From a bacterium (GTDB taxonomy: Bacteria; Patescibacteriota; Microgenomatia; Curtissbacterales; GWA2-41-24): 64,000 nucleotides of DNA. The stretch lies in contig JAKAJD010000001.1 in assembly GCA_021813945.1 (NCBI GenBank), positions 9,744 through 73,743 of the forward strand, read 5' to 3'. Positions 28,220-39,126 of the stretch are shown piece by piece (the first letter of the stretch is position 1; every line of letters begins with the position of its first letter). The translations under genes were made by a program, and so were the position numbers. The notes below the pieces were generated by a model, which ran no database searches, was not told the DNA's origin, and saw nothing but the letters and a program-made list of their open reading frames with translations.

Positions 28220-29496
28220 CTATTGTCGGAACGGGTCGTGTGGGCTTACCACTAGCTCTCTTTCTTGCGGAAAAAGGGCACACTGTTTATGGTTTGGATG
28301 TCGACGAAAATAAAATAGGAACCCTTAAAAAAGGCGAAATGCCCTTTTTAGAAGAAGGGGGATCGGATCTGTTAAAAAAACATGTTAACAAAAAATTCAT
28401 TCCAAGCTCTGATTTTTCAAACATATCAAAATCGAAAGTAATTATTCTTACGCTGGGAACCCCAGTCGATGAGAATATGAACCCATCGCTTGTGCAAATA
28501 GATAGGGCCTTGAAAACCGCCAGCAGGTATTTTAAAAACGACCAACTTCTAATTTTAAGATCTACAGTTTCTCCAGGTACTACAAACTACGTCAAATCAG
28601 TGATTAACGATTCAGGCAAATTTAAAGTCGGAATTAATTATTTTTTAGCTTTTTGCCCTGAAAGAATAGCCGAAGGTAAATCACTCAAAGAACTTGGAGA
28701 GATTCCTCAAATTGTAGGAGGGGTTGATCGCCAAAGTACTCAAAAAGCAGCGGAATTTTTTGCAAGTCTTGGCATAAAAGTTAATAAATCAGACGACATT
28801 TCCGCAGAACTTGCAAAGCTTTTTACAAATATGTATCGCTATATCAATTTTGGAATTTCCAATGAGTTCATGATTCTGGCAGGAAATTACAACAGAGATA
28901 TATACAAAATTGTCGAACTTGTAAACAAGGATTATAAAAGAGGTGGCTTAGCGCTTCCAGGGCTAACCGGAGGTCCATGCTTATTTAAAGATGGATTCTT
29001 CTTAATAAGCGATGTACCATTTTTAGATCTTATTGCAACAAGCTGGAAAATTAACGAATCAATTCCTCTGTTTTTAATAAATAAAATACGACAGAGAAGA
29101 AAGCTGGAAGGTAAAAAAGCTGTTGTGTTGGGTTTAGCGTTCAAAGCTGATATCGACGATATCAGAGAATCTCTTGCGTTTAAAGTTAAAAAAGCACTCG
29201 AAAGGGAGAGGGCACAGGTCTTTTTGCACGATCCATACATTAAAGATTACCAAAATAACTTGAATGAAACCCTAAAGGACGCTGATTTTGTCTTTATTGC
29301 AACCAACCATTCTTTTTATAAAAAGTTAGATTTTGAAAATATTAAAAAATTAGTTTCAAAAAATTGCGTTATTTGTGATGTTTGGAATATATTTAAAACA
29401 AATAAAATCATTTTCACAATAAAATCTTTAGAAAATATGGGGAATAAAAAATTTCAAGACACGGAAAGCGATTTGGAACACCCGGGCTTGATATAA
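28171..29496 (+). CDS. Nucleotide-sugar dehydrogenase (UDP-Glc / UDP-ManNAc dehydrogenase family)
   Basis: VAIVGTGRVGLPLALFLAEKGHTVYGLD Rossmann motif plus the catalytic Cys in GGPCLFKDG. Its ATG at 28171 overlaps the upstream gene by 49 nt. Confidence 0.75.
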   Translation: MAKATKKPRQVSNKQVAIVGTGRVGLPLALFLAEKGHTVYGLDVDENKIGTLKKGEMPFLEEGGSDLLKKHVNKKFIPSSDFSNISKSKVIILTLGTPVDENMNPSLVQIDRALKTASRYFKNDQLLILRSTVSPGTTNYVKSVINDSGKFKVGINYFLAFCPERIAEGKSLKELGEIPQIVGGVDRQSTQKAAEFFASLGIKVNKSDDISAELAKLFTNMYRYINFGISNEFMILAGNYNRDIYKIVELVNKDYKRGGLALPGLTGGPCLFKDGFFLISDVPFLDLIATSWKINESIPLFLINKIRQRRKLEGKKAVVLGLAFKADIDDIRESLAFKVKKALERERAQVFLHDPYIKDYQNNLNETLKDADFVFIATNHSFYKKLDFENIKKLVSKNCVICDVWNIFKTNKIIFTIKSLENMGNKKFQDTESDLEHPGLI

Positions 29497-29538
29497 GCTT
29501 ATTTTGACACTCCAAATTTTAAAAGTTAAAATTTTAAA

Positions 29539-30255
29539 ATGAAACTTTCTATAGTTATTCCTGTTTACAACGAGGGGCAAGTTATAAAAGAAACTTTAAC
29601 TAAGCTGGAATCTTCTCTGAAAACACCACACGAAGTTTTAATAGTTTACGATATGGATGAAGACACAACAGTGCCTATTGTAAAAAAATTGCAAAATGAC
29701 CTCAAAAACATAAAGCTTGTTAAAAATCTCTATGGTAAAGGTGCATTGAATGCTCTAAAAACTGGCCTTAAAAAATCACAAGGGGAAGCGGTTTGCATAA
29801 TGATGGCAGATTTAACAGACGACCCAAAAGTAATCGAAAAGATGTTCAATTTATATCAAAAAAATAAAGGTGTTGTTGCAGCATCAAGGTACATGAAAGG
29901 CGGCCATCAAATTGGTGGACCAAAATTTAAGCAACTGCTTTCGCGTACTGCCGGAATCAGTCTCCACTATCTCACCGGAATCGCGACACACGATGCAACA
30001 AACTCCTTTAAACTTTATCCTAAAAAGTTTCTTAAAGAAACAAAAATAGAATCAGACGGTGGTTTTGAATTAGGCATAGAATTAACTGTCAAAGCTTTCG
30101 CAAAAGGCTATAACATTTCAGAAGTTCCGACGACCTGGATATATTCGTCAAAGGAATCACGTTTTTATCTTAAAAAATGGTTACCAAAATATTTAAAATG
30201 GTATTTCTGGGCAATCACGCACAAATATCAATCGCAATCGATCAATAATTTTTAA
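29539..30255 (+). CDS. GT2 glycosyltransferase, Dpm1-like polyprenyl-phosphate sugar synthase
   Basis: LSIVIPVYNEGQVI, MADLTDDP, AASRYMKGG. Confidence 0.75.
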   Translation: MKLSIVIPVYNEGQVIKETLTKLESSLKTPHEVLIVYDMDEDTTVPIVKKLQNDLKNIKLVKNLYGKGALNALKTGLKKSQGEAVCIMMADLTDDPKVIEKMFNLYQKNKGVVAASRYMKGGHQIGGPKFKQLLSRTAGISLHYLTGIATHDATNSFKLYPKKFLKETKIESDGGFELGIELTVKAFAKGYNISEVPTTWIYSSKESRFYLKKWLPKYLKWYFWAITHKYQSQSINNF

Positions 30256-31697
30256 TGAAAAAAATGTTATTGGCTGCTGTTTTTCCAGCGATTGTTCTAA
30301 TTACGCTATTTATTTATAAACAAAGTTTAAGCTTTTATTTTTTTCAAGACGACTGGTTTGTGCTGGATACAATAAAAAACATTCACCTAAATAACATCTT
30401 TAGCATTTTTTCTGCAAGACAGGATGTTGTTTACTATAGACCTGTCGGAATGCAATTATTTTTCTTTTTAAGTAAGTCTTTATTCGGGTTAAATCCTATT
30501 AATTTTCATCTACTTTCCTTTTTCTTTCATATTTTAAACATATTTATGATAGGGTTAATCTCTTTTCAGATTTTCAGAAGCAAATTTGCGTCGGCCGTTT
30601 CATCCTTTTTTTATGCGGTAGCGTCTTTTCACTTTATGACACTCTCCTGGATATCATTAACTTGGAATAACATTGGAACTTTCTTTGTATTTTCGTCTAT
30701 TTATTTTTATCTAAAGTTTTCTTTATCCGAAAAGTTAATAGATTATTTTTTGGCTGTCAGTCTTTTTTTTGTAGCTTTATTCAGCACAGAGTTTGCAGCT
30801 CTTACACCAATAATAGCTGCCTTAATTTCTCTCCTTTCGCCAAATAAAATTAACTTTCGCGGTATTAAAAAAACTTTATTAATTTTAAGTCCACCGATAT
30901 TAGCAATCATCGTATATATTTCCTTTCGATTGACTCACTCCGCCATTCAAACGACTAGCGACTACAAGATCGTCATTAGCACAAAAATTATAAAAAATCT
31001 GATATGGTATTTCTTATGGCTTACTGGCGTACCACAAGAGCTTAAATTTAATTTGAGTATCTCACAGCTAAAAATCGCCCGAGCTTTTTTAAACGGTGCT
31101 GGATTTGAAATTTTACTTTTTTTCCTCTTTTGGTTAGGAATTATTATATTAGCGATTTTTTTACTCAAAAAAAACAAATCGCCTGCAAAATTAAATATTG
31201 TCGTTGCTCTCATATTTTTAATAGGTCTAATACCAGTTATATTTCTCCCGAACCACACATTTCCATATTATCTGAACATTTCCTCTTTAGGGCCCTTTTT
31301 ATTTATTGCCTTTCTTCTCAAAAAAAATGCCCGCAAAGGAAATGAAAAATTTTTTATTATCAATTATCTAATAATTATTATTTGGCTATTTTTATCTTTC
31401 ACAAACTATCGAATTAATGCTAAAACCAATTGGATTCCGGGCGAAGCTATTATTTCAAAAAAGATCACAGAAGACGCTTTGATCCAGTCAGCCAACAATT
31501 CAAACTATTCACCTGTAGTTATAGTAAGCGAAGATGCGGTCGGTACTGAGCAGTCATTAACAGGCCAAAGGGCCTTGCAAATCATACTTAATAATCCAAA
31601 TATTAAAACTTATGTCAGAAAGAGAGAGCAAGCGATAAATGACTACAAGATGGGCACCTTACCAAAAAACGCATACTACATTTTTTATTATCAATAA
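30255..31697 (+). CDS. Polytopic membrane protein, possible GT-C glycosyltransferase (FFQDDWFVLD first-loop motif)
   Basis: 480 aa with more than 10 TM helices. An acidic DD motif follows TM1. Confidence 0.5.
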   Translation: MKKMLLAAVFPAIVLITLFIYKQSLSFYFFQDDWFVLDTIKNIHLNNIFSIFSARQDVVYYRPVGMQLFFFLSKSLFGLNPINFHLLSFFFHILNIFMIGLISFQIFRSKFASAVSSFFYAVASFHFMTLSWISLTWNNIGTFFVFSSIYFYLKFSLSEKLIDYFLAVSLFFVALFSTEFAALTPIIAALISLLSPNKINFRGIKKTLLILSPPILAIIVYISFRLTHSAIQTTSDYKIVISTKIIKNLIWYFLWLTGVPQELKFNLSISQLKIARAFLNGAGFEILLFFLFWLGIIILAIFLLKKNKSPAKLNIVVALIFLIGLIPVIFLPNHTFPYYLNISSLGPFLFIAFLLKKNARKGNEKFFIINYLIIIIWLFLSFTNYRINAKTNWIPGEAIISKKITEDALIQSANNSNYSPVVIVSEDAVGTEQSLTGQRALQIILNNPNIKTYVRKREQAINDYKMGTLPKNAYYIFYYQ

Positions 31698-31705
31698 ACG
31701 ATTTA

Positions 31706-33337
31706 CTATCTTTTCTTAAAAAAATAGTTGTTGTCAGAAGTCCTGGTAATTTCAAAGTTGCCATCAATCACCTTAAAATACTCGTCCCTCCAACTGGGGG
31801 ATGACTGGCTTTTATAATTGTTCCATTCTTTGGTACTTATTATCAAATAATCGCCTTTATATGACTTAAGATCAGTGACTAAAATATTGTTAAGTATTTC
31901 CGCCTTGCTATACCAAGGGAAAAAATTTACAAAATACCCATACGGCAATCTTGTGCTTTCATAATAATAGCTGGCAGAAAAATCCCGAAACACGAAAATT
32001 TTGGAATCAGAAGGGCTCTTTCTAAGAACATTTACCGTAAGTTCATTTTCCTTCGGGAAAGAATTAAAAGATGTTTGATTAAAACTATACCAATCTTTTG
32101 CAATAAATAAGCTTATTAATCCAAATCCGACAAAAATTATTACGCTATTTAAAATAAATCGCTTTTTAAAGATAAGTTCTATTAAACAAAATGTAATCGC
32201 AAGTGACACAAGCCAAAATGAGAAAAGGTAATACGGCGAAAGATGAGTATTTGTAGCTATTCTTAGCCTCAATGGTAGCAAAAAAACAATGATCAAAATT
32301 GCATGCGAAATCCGTCTTTGAAGCAAGAATGTGATTACACCCATAAGGTAAAAAAGGGCAACTATCATCTCAATACTGAAGAAGTTATTATAAAGATCTG
32401 TAAATATCGTTTTGACATAAAGAGTGTATTCTCCGTGGATTGCGAATGGCGCAACTAAAAATTTGCTTGCTCTAATAAATGTTAAAAGAGCTAATCCTTC
32501 GGTTTTAATAAGTAAATAAAAATGGATATAAACTTCATGGATGGCATTGAGGTAAACATCTAGTGGTTTGAATCCTGTAATTAGTTTAGATTCTCTGAAA
32601 AAATAAACAGTCGAATTAAAATTAAATGCATCGTCGACAAAACTTCTTAAAGATTTGGTAATAAGTAGATAAATAAGAAAAATCGCCGTTAAACAAAAAA
32701 TTGTCAGAACATAAAATTTTAGATCAATGAGATTAGCCCTAATATTAGAATGCTTATTTTTAATTTGCCAAAGTAGGTGAAAAATTATCAATATCACAAA
32801 AGCTACAATATGCATGGGAGAGGTCAAAAACATTAAAAAGGAAATCGTAGAAAACATCACAGTTCTCTTTTTTCCCATTGGCAAACCATTAGAATCGAGT
32901 ATTAAAAAGTAAGCGCCCAAAAGCATCAAAGCCCAAATAGGTCCGTCGGCAAATTGTTGACCTCCGTATAGGCTTATTCCAAAAGAGGCAAGTAGAATAA
33001 GGGGTAATACTGAATACTTATAAATTCCTTTTAAATAAATAAACATGAGCGAAAAGGAAGCAAAGGTTAGTCCAAGCATTACAGCTCTATAAAGCAATTT
33101 TGTGTGAGCTACTAACTCAAGGGGCACACCCATAAAAAATAGCAAGGGAAAGTGGTGACTAAAAAAGTCTCGATAGAGAACGTATCCCTGCGACATTAAC
33201 CATGGCGCTACCATGTTATCGTACTCGTCTCCAAAATCTAATTTATTAAAGTACAAAGAGTAGATTTTAATGCCAATAATAAGTACAAAAAGAAAGAAAG
33301 CGTATATATAATATTTCCGAATTCTCTTGAAAGTCAT
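31706..33337 (-). CDS. Polytopic membrane protein, possible GT-C glycosyltransferase; the only minus-strand gene of the core island
   Basis: 543 aa with a DFGDEYDNMVAPW motif after TM1. It is divergent from the ArnT-like gene at 33390. Confidence 0.5.
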   Translation of the reverse strand: MTFKRIRKYYIYAFFLFVLIIGIKIYSLYFNKLDFGDEYDNMVAPWLMSQGYVLYRDFFSHHFPLLFFMGVPLELVAHTKLLYRAVMLGLTFASFSLMFIYLKGIYKYSVLPLILLASFGISLYGGQQFADGPIWALMLLGAYFLILDSNGLPMGKKRTVMFSTISFLMFLTSPMHIVAFVILIIFHLLWQIKNKHSNIRANLIDLKFYVLTIFCLTAIFLIYLLITKSLRSFVDDAFNFNSTVYFFRESKLITGFKPLDVYLNAIHEVYIHFYLLIKTEGLALLTFIRASKFLVAPFAIHGEYTLYVKTIFTDLYNNFFSIEMIVALFYLMGVITFLLQRRISHAILIIVFLLPLRLRIATNTHLSPYYLFSFWLVSLAITFCLIELIFKKRFILNSVIIFVGFGLISLFIAKDWYSFNQTSFNSFPKENELTVNVLRKSPSDSKIFVFRDFSASYYYESTRLPYGYFVNFFPWYSKAEILNNILVTDLKSYKGDYLIISTKEWNNYKSQSSPSWRDEYFKVIDGNFEITRTSDNNYFFKKR

Positions 33338-33389
33338 AATTAATTATACGATCTTTTCACCTTATCGTTTAAAATAAACTGTCAGCTTA

Positions 33390-35051
33390 ATGTTTAAGAG
33401 AATAAAACAGAACAATATTCGCATAATCTTTGTTGCTCTTATTTGCTTGACGTTATTTTTACGTCTCTATCAATTGGGAAATATACCTAATGGCTTTGCA
33501 AACGACGAAGGTGCTGTAGCATACCAATCGTATTCAATCTTAAAGACCGGAAAAGACACATGGGGGAAAAGTTTCCCAACTACATCTTTTAGAGATTTTG
33601 GAGAATATTTGCCACCGTTTGCGGTATATGCAATTGTGCCATTTATTAAATTAATCGGATTAACCGTATTTGCAACTAGATTACCTTTTGCTCTTACTGC
33701 AGTAATTGCAATTTTTCCAATTTACGCTTTGTCAAAGGAACTGTTTAATAACAAAAAAATCGCACTTCTTTCGTGTTTTCTGTTTGCTATTTCCCCCTTT
33801 AACATAGGGTGGTCACGGTTTATTTTCGAAGGCAATTTTGGAATGTTATTTTACTTGCTGGGAATTACTTTCCTTGTTTTTGCCAAAAAGAAATCCCATT
33901 TTCTACCTTTTTCTGCTCTATTTTTCGGCTTAACATTTACAACATATCACATATATTATTTTCTCACGCCCTTAACTGCTGCAATTTTAGCTATTCCCTT
34001 AATTTCAAAATTCGCTAAATCAAAAAGAGACACCCTTATTACAATCATAATATCTATAGTCTTTGTCGCTTACGCTCTAGCCATAGTTGCAAGCGGTTCT
34101 GGCAGGGAGCGCTTCAGGCAGGTCTCCATTTTTCAAAATCAAAATTCTTTAATAAATCTAAATTCAAGGCAATCTTATTGTGGAAAAAGTACACCACAAA
34201 TTATTTGCAGAATATTTTTCAACAAAGCAGAAACCTACCTTTTTGATTACAGCTATAATTATTTTTCGCATTTTTCACCCACCTTTTTATCTCTCGATGG
34301 AACCTTTTTACGCCAAGCAATATTGCCTAAGCACGGGTTAATTTATCCGTTTGAATTGCCATTTTTATTTATTGCAGCCTTTTTCCTCATAAAAAATTTT
34401 ACGTATCAATCTTACGTACTGGTGGGATTATTATTAATTTACCCCTTAGCAAACAGCTTTACAGGTGTGGGTGAGATATCCCGAATATCTCAAATCATGC
34501 CAATATTTCCGATTCTAAGTTCCTATGGAATATTCACAACGATCCAAAAGCTAAGACCCATTTTTAGGGGAATGCTGTCGATTTTCTTAGTTAGTTTTGC
34601 CGTATTTAACATAGTTTCGTTTTTATTGAATTACTTTTTAATTTTTCCCAGAACTAACGGTTACTTCGATTCGGATGCTTATGTCAAATTATTTAAAAAA
34701 ATAAGCGTAGACAAAACTAAATATAAAAATTTTTACATTACAAGAGATTACGAGGGCAACAGCCCAGAATATCAAGCCAGGATATTTCTGCCAATACCAC
34801 CAAACACTTTTCAAGATTCAACTCGCAATGAATTCGAAGTTAAAAAACCTCAAAATTATATTGACTACAAAAGATTAGACAACTATTATTTCTTCAGTAA
34901 CATGCAAGACATCAGCCCCAATCCCGGCGATCTAGTTGTTATAAATTACAATCAAGCTAGTGTGGCAAAAAAAATCGATTTCACTATATATGAAGATAGT
35001 GGTAATCCAGCCCTAATTGGAGTATCAGGCGAAAATTTAACTAATAAGTGA
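33390..35051 (+). CDS. ArnT/PMT-like GT-C glycosyltransferase (COG1807 / GT39-83-like)
   Basis: GFANDEGAVAYQSYSILKTGKDTWGK...ISPFNIGWSR matches the DE-loop signature shared with the six tandem paralogs at 50821-60488. Confidence 0.7.
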   Translation: MFKRIKQNNIRIIFVALICLTLFLRLYQLGNIPNGFANDEGAVAYQSYSILKTGKDTWGKSFPTTSFRDFGEYLPPFAVYAIVPFIKLIGLTVFATRLPFALTAVIAIFPIYALSKELFNNKKIALLSCFLFAISPFNIGWSRFIFEGNFGMLFYLLGITFLVFAKKKSHFLPFSALFFGLTFTTYHIYYFLTPLTAAILAIPLISKFAKSKRDTLITIIISIVFVAYALAIVASGSGRERFRQVSIFQNQNSLINLNSRQSYCGKSTPQIICRIFFNKAETYLFDYSYNYFSHFSPTFLSLDGTFLRQAILPKHGLIYPFELPFLFIAAFFLIKNFTYQSYVLVGLLLIYPLANSFTGVGEISRISQIMPIFPILSSYGIFTTIQKLRPIFRGMLSIFLVSFAVFNIVSFLLNYFLIFPRTNGYFDSDAYVKLFKKISVDKTKYKNFYITRDYEGNSPEYQARIFLPIPPNTFQDSTRNEFEVKKPQNYIDYKRLDNYYFFSNMQDISPNPGDLVVINYNQASVAKKIDFTIYEDSGNPALIGVSGENLTNK

Positions 35052-36772
35052 TAAAAAACACCGCAGTAGTAATTATTATATTTTCATTTGCAGTTTTAGT
35101 TTCAACACCTCTTCTAAAACCGGGCCTATATTCTGTGCACGACGATCAACAAATAGCTAGGCTTTTTGTCTACGATCAAGCCTTAAAAAATGGTCAATTT
35201 CCAGTCAGGTGGGTTAGCGGTCTAGGTTTCGGCTTTGGCTATCCGTTATTTATTTTCTACCCACCGCTTGTATATATGCTAGGTGAAGTTTTCCATCTGA
35301 TTGGATTCGGATACATAAACAGTGTAAAACTTGTCTTTTTTAGCGGAATTTTATTATCAGGCCTTTCGATGTACTTATTGGTAAAAGATCTATGGGGAAA
35401 ATTAGAAGGTACAATTAGTGCTTTATTTTATATGATTGTTCCATATCGCGCTCTCGATGTTTATGTTAGAGGAGCTTTAGCAGAATCTCTTGCCTTTGTT
35501 TGGCTTCCGGCAATATTGTGGTCATTTTTCCAACTCAGGCGGACTCAAAATGCTAAATACGTTTACCTCTCGGCTATGTTTTTAGCTCTTTTGATGATTA
35601 CCCACAACCTAATATTCCTCCCTTTTGCGTTAATTCTTGGCATCTATCTGGTTTTTCTGGTATTAACATCCCAGAAACGGACCATACTCACCAAGCAAAT
35701 CATATTATCTGGCATATTAGGAGCCGGATTATCGGCATTTTTCTGGGCACCCGCCCTGCTCGAAAAAAAATATACCATAGTGGACAGCCTCTTGTTGGTT
35801 AATTTAGCGGATTACAGAATTCACTTTGTATTTCCACAACAGCTTTGGAACTGGCCATGGGGGTTTGGAGGCTCTGCCGGGCTTGAATCAGGTATTTCGT
35901 TTAAGATCGGCAAATTGCATATTATTTTGGCGGCAGCGACTGTTTTAATTGCAATTACTAGAAAAATATTTTTAAAGACTAAAACTAAATTAAATACCGA
36001 GGTTGATAACTTAATAATTATCTTTTTTGTGCTCTTTTTGTTTTCAGCGTTTATGGCAACTTTTTACTCCAGATTTATCTGGAAAATCATCCCGCCGCTT
36101 GCTTATTTACAATTTCCCTGGAGATTTTTAACATTTACTGCGCTTTTTAGCTCCATTTTAGTGGGAGCTTTCATCTATTATTTAAGGCTCCCCATCATAA
36201 AAATTGTATCAGGATTCATTTTGGTGATTTTACTTCTTATTCCAAACTTAAAGTTATTTCAGCCTCAATTTTATAGGACCAACTTAACAGACAGTGTGGC
36301 CACCTCAAAAGAGGTCATAAGTTGGGATGTTTCACTTTCATCTTTCGAGTACGTCCCAAAGGGTGTTGATATTTACAAAACAAGCTTCGGTACGAATATG
36401 ATAAAAATCGACAAATCCGAAATTCCAACTCAGCCGATTGAGATATTAAGTGGAACTCCACAAATTCAAATGTTAAAAACTACACCCGACAAAATACAAT
36501 TTCAATTAACTGCCGATTCTCCCTCAAGACTGAAAGCAAATATCTTCAACTTTCCGGGATGGTCAGTTGTAATCGATGGTAATCAAACATTAATCAATGA
36601 TGAAAATCCGCTTAAACTCATTACCTTTAACGTGCCAAAGGGCAGCCATTCGGTTAAAATAGAATTTGGAAACACTCCCATAAGATTAGTAGCAAATTAC
36701 ATAAGTTTGCTATCAATTTTGTGCTTAGCCATATTTGTATTCCGAAAATGGAAGATCCTGAGTACTCACTAG
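35048..36772 (+). CDS. Polytopic membrane protein, paralog of 25659..27257 (HD...FPVRW family with a YfhO-type C-terminus)
   Basis: HDDQQIARLFVYDQALKNGQFPVRWVSGLGFGFGYPLFIFYPPLVY. The C-terminus is NFPGWSVVIDGNQTLINDENPLKLITFNVPKGSHSV. Confidence 0.55.
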   Translation: MIKNTAVVIIIFSFAVLVSTPLLKPGLYSVHDDQQIARLFVYDQALKNGQFPVRWVSGLGFGFGYPLFIFYPPLVYMLGEVFHLIGFGYINSVKLVFFSGILLSGLSMYLLVKDLWGKLEGTISALFYMIVPYRALDVYVRGALAESLAFVWLPAILWSFFQLRRTQNAKYVYLSAMFLALLMITHNLIFLPFALILGIYLVFLVLTSQKRTILTKQIILSGILGAGLSAFFWAPALLEKKYTIVDSLLLVNLADYRIHFVFPQQLWNWPWGFGGSAGLESGISFKIGKLHIILAAATVLIAITRKIFLKTKTKLNTEVDNLIIIFFVLFLFSAFMATFYSRFIWKIIPPLAYLQFPWRFLTFTALFSSILVGAFIYYLRLPIIKIVSGFILVILLLIPNLKLFQPQFYRTNLTDSVATSKEVISWDVSLSSFEYVPKGVDIYKTSFGTNMIKIDKSEIPTQPIEILSGTPQIQMLKTTPDKIQFQLTADSPSRLKANIFNFPGWSVVIDGNQTLINDENPLKLITFNVPKGSHSVKIEFGNTPIRLVANYISLLSILCLAIFVFRKWKILSTH

Positions 36773-38217
36773 ATATAGAACTGATAAAAAGAAAAGCTAT
36801 ATCTGGTGTAGTAACATTTACACTGCGAACTTTTTTTATACAGGCGTTCACTTTTTTCGCGACCTTTATCTTAACCGTTCTTTTGGCTCCTTCAATTTTC
36901 GGAATTTTCTTTTTAGTTTCTGCAATTTTAAACTTCTTTGTTTATTTTTCCGATGTTGGATTGGCAGCTGCATTAATTCAAAAAAAAGAAGAGCCTTCAA
37001 GGAAAGATCTTGTTTCAACGTTCACTATTCAACAGACAATCATTCTTTCACTGGTGGTAATCGGCCTTATTTTTTCTTCCACCATAGCCGGATTTTACAA
37101 GCTAGACTCTAGCGGACTGCTTCTTTTAAGAGTCCTTATCATATCTCTTATCTTTTCTTCATTAAAAACTGTGCCGTCTATACTTTTGGAAAGACACTTG
37201 CACTTTTCAAAACTAGTGATTCCTCAAATTGCAGAAAATATAGTCTTCTATTTAACCGCGCTTATCCTGGCATATTATCACTTCCAAATAGCCAGTTTTA
37301 CCTGGGCAGTACTCTTGCGTGGGATTGTGGGCCTTGTCGCTATTTACATCTTGTCTCCATGGATGCCAGGAATTGGTATAGACAAACAAAGTGCCAAAAA
37401 ATTAACCTCTTTTGGTGTTCCTTTTCAAATAAATAGCGTATTGGCTTTATTTAAAGACGATCTTTTAACAGTCTTTTTAGGTAAAATTCTTACTTTCTCT
37501 CAGGTGGGATACGTTGGGTGGGCACAAAAATGGGCCTTCGTTCCTCTAAGATTTTTTATGGATAATGTTAATAAAGTGACCTTTCCCGCATATTCAAGAC
37601 TTCAGGAACATAAAGATGAGTTGGCGAAAGCCATAGAAAAATCCGTCTTTTTCGTCACCTTTTTGGTTTACCCATCAACCTTCGGGTTAATGGCTGTTGC
37701 CCCTCAAATAGTAGCTAGTGTGCCGAATTATGGAAAATGGGAACCAGCTTTACCGCTTTTATACCTATTTTCTATAAATGCCATTTTTTCTGCAGTATCG
37801 ACAACTTTTACTAATACTTTATTTGCAGTGGGTCATCCCAAAATCGTTTTAAAATTTATGACTTTTTGGACAGCTGCAACTTGGCTTCTGACAGTCCCTT
37901 TAGTTTTTAAATTTGGATACATTGGTGTGGGTATCGCATCGGCAGCCGTTGCAGCTTCATCGGTAGTCACTGTCTACTTTGTAAAGAAAGAACTTCAAAT
38001 ATCTGTGGGGAAAAATATAGTTGGGCCTCTTTTCACCGCAACCATAATGTTCTTCTTGGTTAAATCAGTAGAGGCTGCTTTACCAAAAACTATTCTAAGT
38101 GTAGTTTTCTCAATTATTTTTGGTGCTATAATTTATTTTATCATCTCGCTCTCAATCTTTAAAAAGCACTTAATTGAAGATTCAAAAATCATCATTAAAT
38201 CTCTTTTAAAGCCATGA
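36748..38217 (+). CDS. Wzx-like oligosaccharide/polysaccharide flippase (MOP superfamily)
   Basis: 12-14 TM helices with SDVGLAAALIQKKE and FGVPFQINSVLALFKDDLLTVFLG, typical of polysaccharide-biosynthesis-protein flippases. The probable start is the second Met, MEDPEY; the tracked ORF starts at 36721. Confidence 0.7.
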   Translation: MEDPEYSLDIELIKRKAISGVVTFTLRTFFIQAFTFFATFILTVLLAPSIFGIFFLVSAILNFFVYFSDVGLAAALIQKKEEPSRKDLVSTFTIQQTIILSLVVIGLIFSSTIAGFYKLDSSGLLLLRVLIISLIFSSLKTVPSILLERHLHFSKLVIPQIAENIVFYLTALILAYYHFQIASFTWAVLLRGIVGLVAIYILSPWMPGIGIDKQSAKKLTSFGVPFQINSVLALFKDDLLTVFLGKILTFSQVGYVGWAQKWAFVPLRFFMDNVNKVTFPAYSRLQEHKDELAKAIEKSVFFVTFLVYPSTFGLMAVAPQIVASVPNYGKWEPALPLLYLFSINAIFSAVSTTFTNTLFAVGHPKIVLKFMTFWTAATWLLTVPLVFKFGYIGVGIASAAVAASSVVTVYFVKKELQISVGKNIVGPLFTATIMFFLVKSVEAALPKTILSVVFSIIFGAIIYFIISLSIFKKHLIEDSKIIIKSLLKP

Positions 38218-39125
38218 AAAAAGTCAAAATTTCGGCAGTGATTTCTGCCTTTAACGAAGAAAAAAAAATAGAAGATTGTTTAAATTCTCTAAAAAACGTC
38301 GTTGATGAAATTATTTTCATAGATAATTCATCAAGTGATAAAACTGTTCAAATAGCCAAAAAATATACAAACTTAGTTTTTGTTGTTCCCAATGACCCCG
38401 TGATGCTCAATAAAAACAAAAACTTCGGTTTTACAAAGGCCACTGGGCAATGGATCATTTCTCTCGACGCAGATGAGCGTGTTACGCCAGAACTTGCATC
38501 AGAAATAAAAAACATTATCAAAAACACTAAATACAATGCTTTCGAGATGCCTAGAAAAAATATCATTTTTGGTAAATGGATTCAGCATTCAATATGGTGG
38601 CCTGATTACAATGTAAGGCTTTTTAGGAAAAAATTCGGCCAATTTCCCTTAAAGCATGTTCATGAGAAACTTGCAGTTGATGGGAATATCGGAAGGCTAA
38701 CTAATCCTCTCATTCATTACAATTACGATTCAATTTCCCAATTTATAAAAAAACTAGACAATACTTACACCGAATCAGAAACAGAGAATTTCATTGCTAG
38801 CGGCAAAAATATAAATTGGTACGATGCAATCCGCTGGCCACTAAGTGATTTTATAAAGACGTTTTTTTTTGAAAAAGGTTACAAAGACGGTTTCCACGGA
38901 TTGGTACTGTCTGAACTTCAGGCTTTTTATTCACTAATATTTTTTGCAAAGGTATGGGAGAGAAAAGAAAAGTTTAAAGACCTAACACCTGAAGGTTTTT
39001 TATCTGAAACAGAAAAAGAGTTAGCAAGAGCAGCCAAAGAAGTAATGTATTGGATTTACACGACAAAAATCGAAAGTAGTTCCATCAAAAAAGTCTATTA
39101 CAAAATAAGAAGACGCTTCAGATAA
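38214..39125 (+). CDS. GT2 glycosyltransferase (DADER-motif subfamily)
   Basis: ISAVISAFNEEKKIEDCL, IDNSSSDKT, SLDADERVTPEL. It is a paralog of 42152..42949 and 60489..61277. Confidence 0.7.
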   Translation: MKKVKISAVISAFNEEKKIEDCLNSLKNVVDEIIFIDNSSSDKTVQIAKKYTNLVFVVPNDPVMLNKNKNFGFTKATGQWIISLDADERVTPELASEIKNIIKNTKYNAFEMPRKNIIFGKWIQHSIWWPDYNVRLFRKKFGQFPLKHVHEKLAVDGNIGRLTNPLIHYNYDSISQFIKKLDNTYTESETENFIASGKNINWYDAIRWPLSDFIKTFFFEKGYKDGFHGLVLSELQAFYSLIFFAKVWERKEKFKDLTPEGFLSETEKELARAAKEVMYWIYTTKIESSSIKKVYYKIRRRFR

Positions 39126-39126
39126 T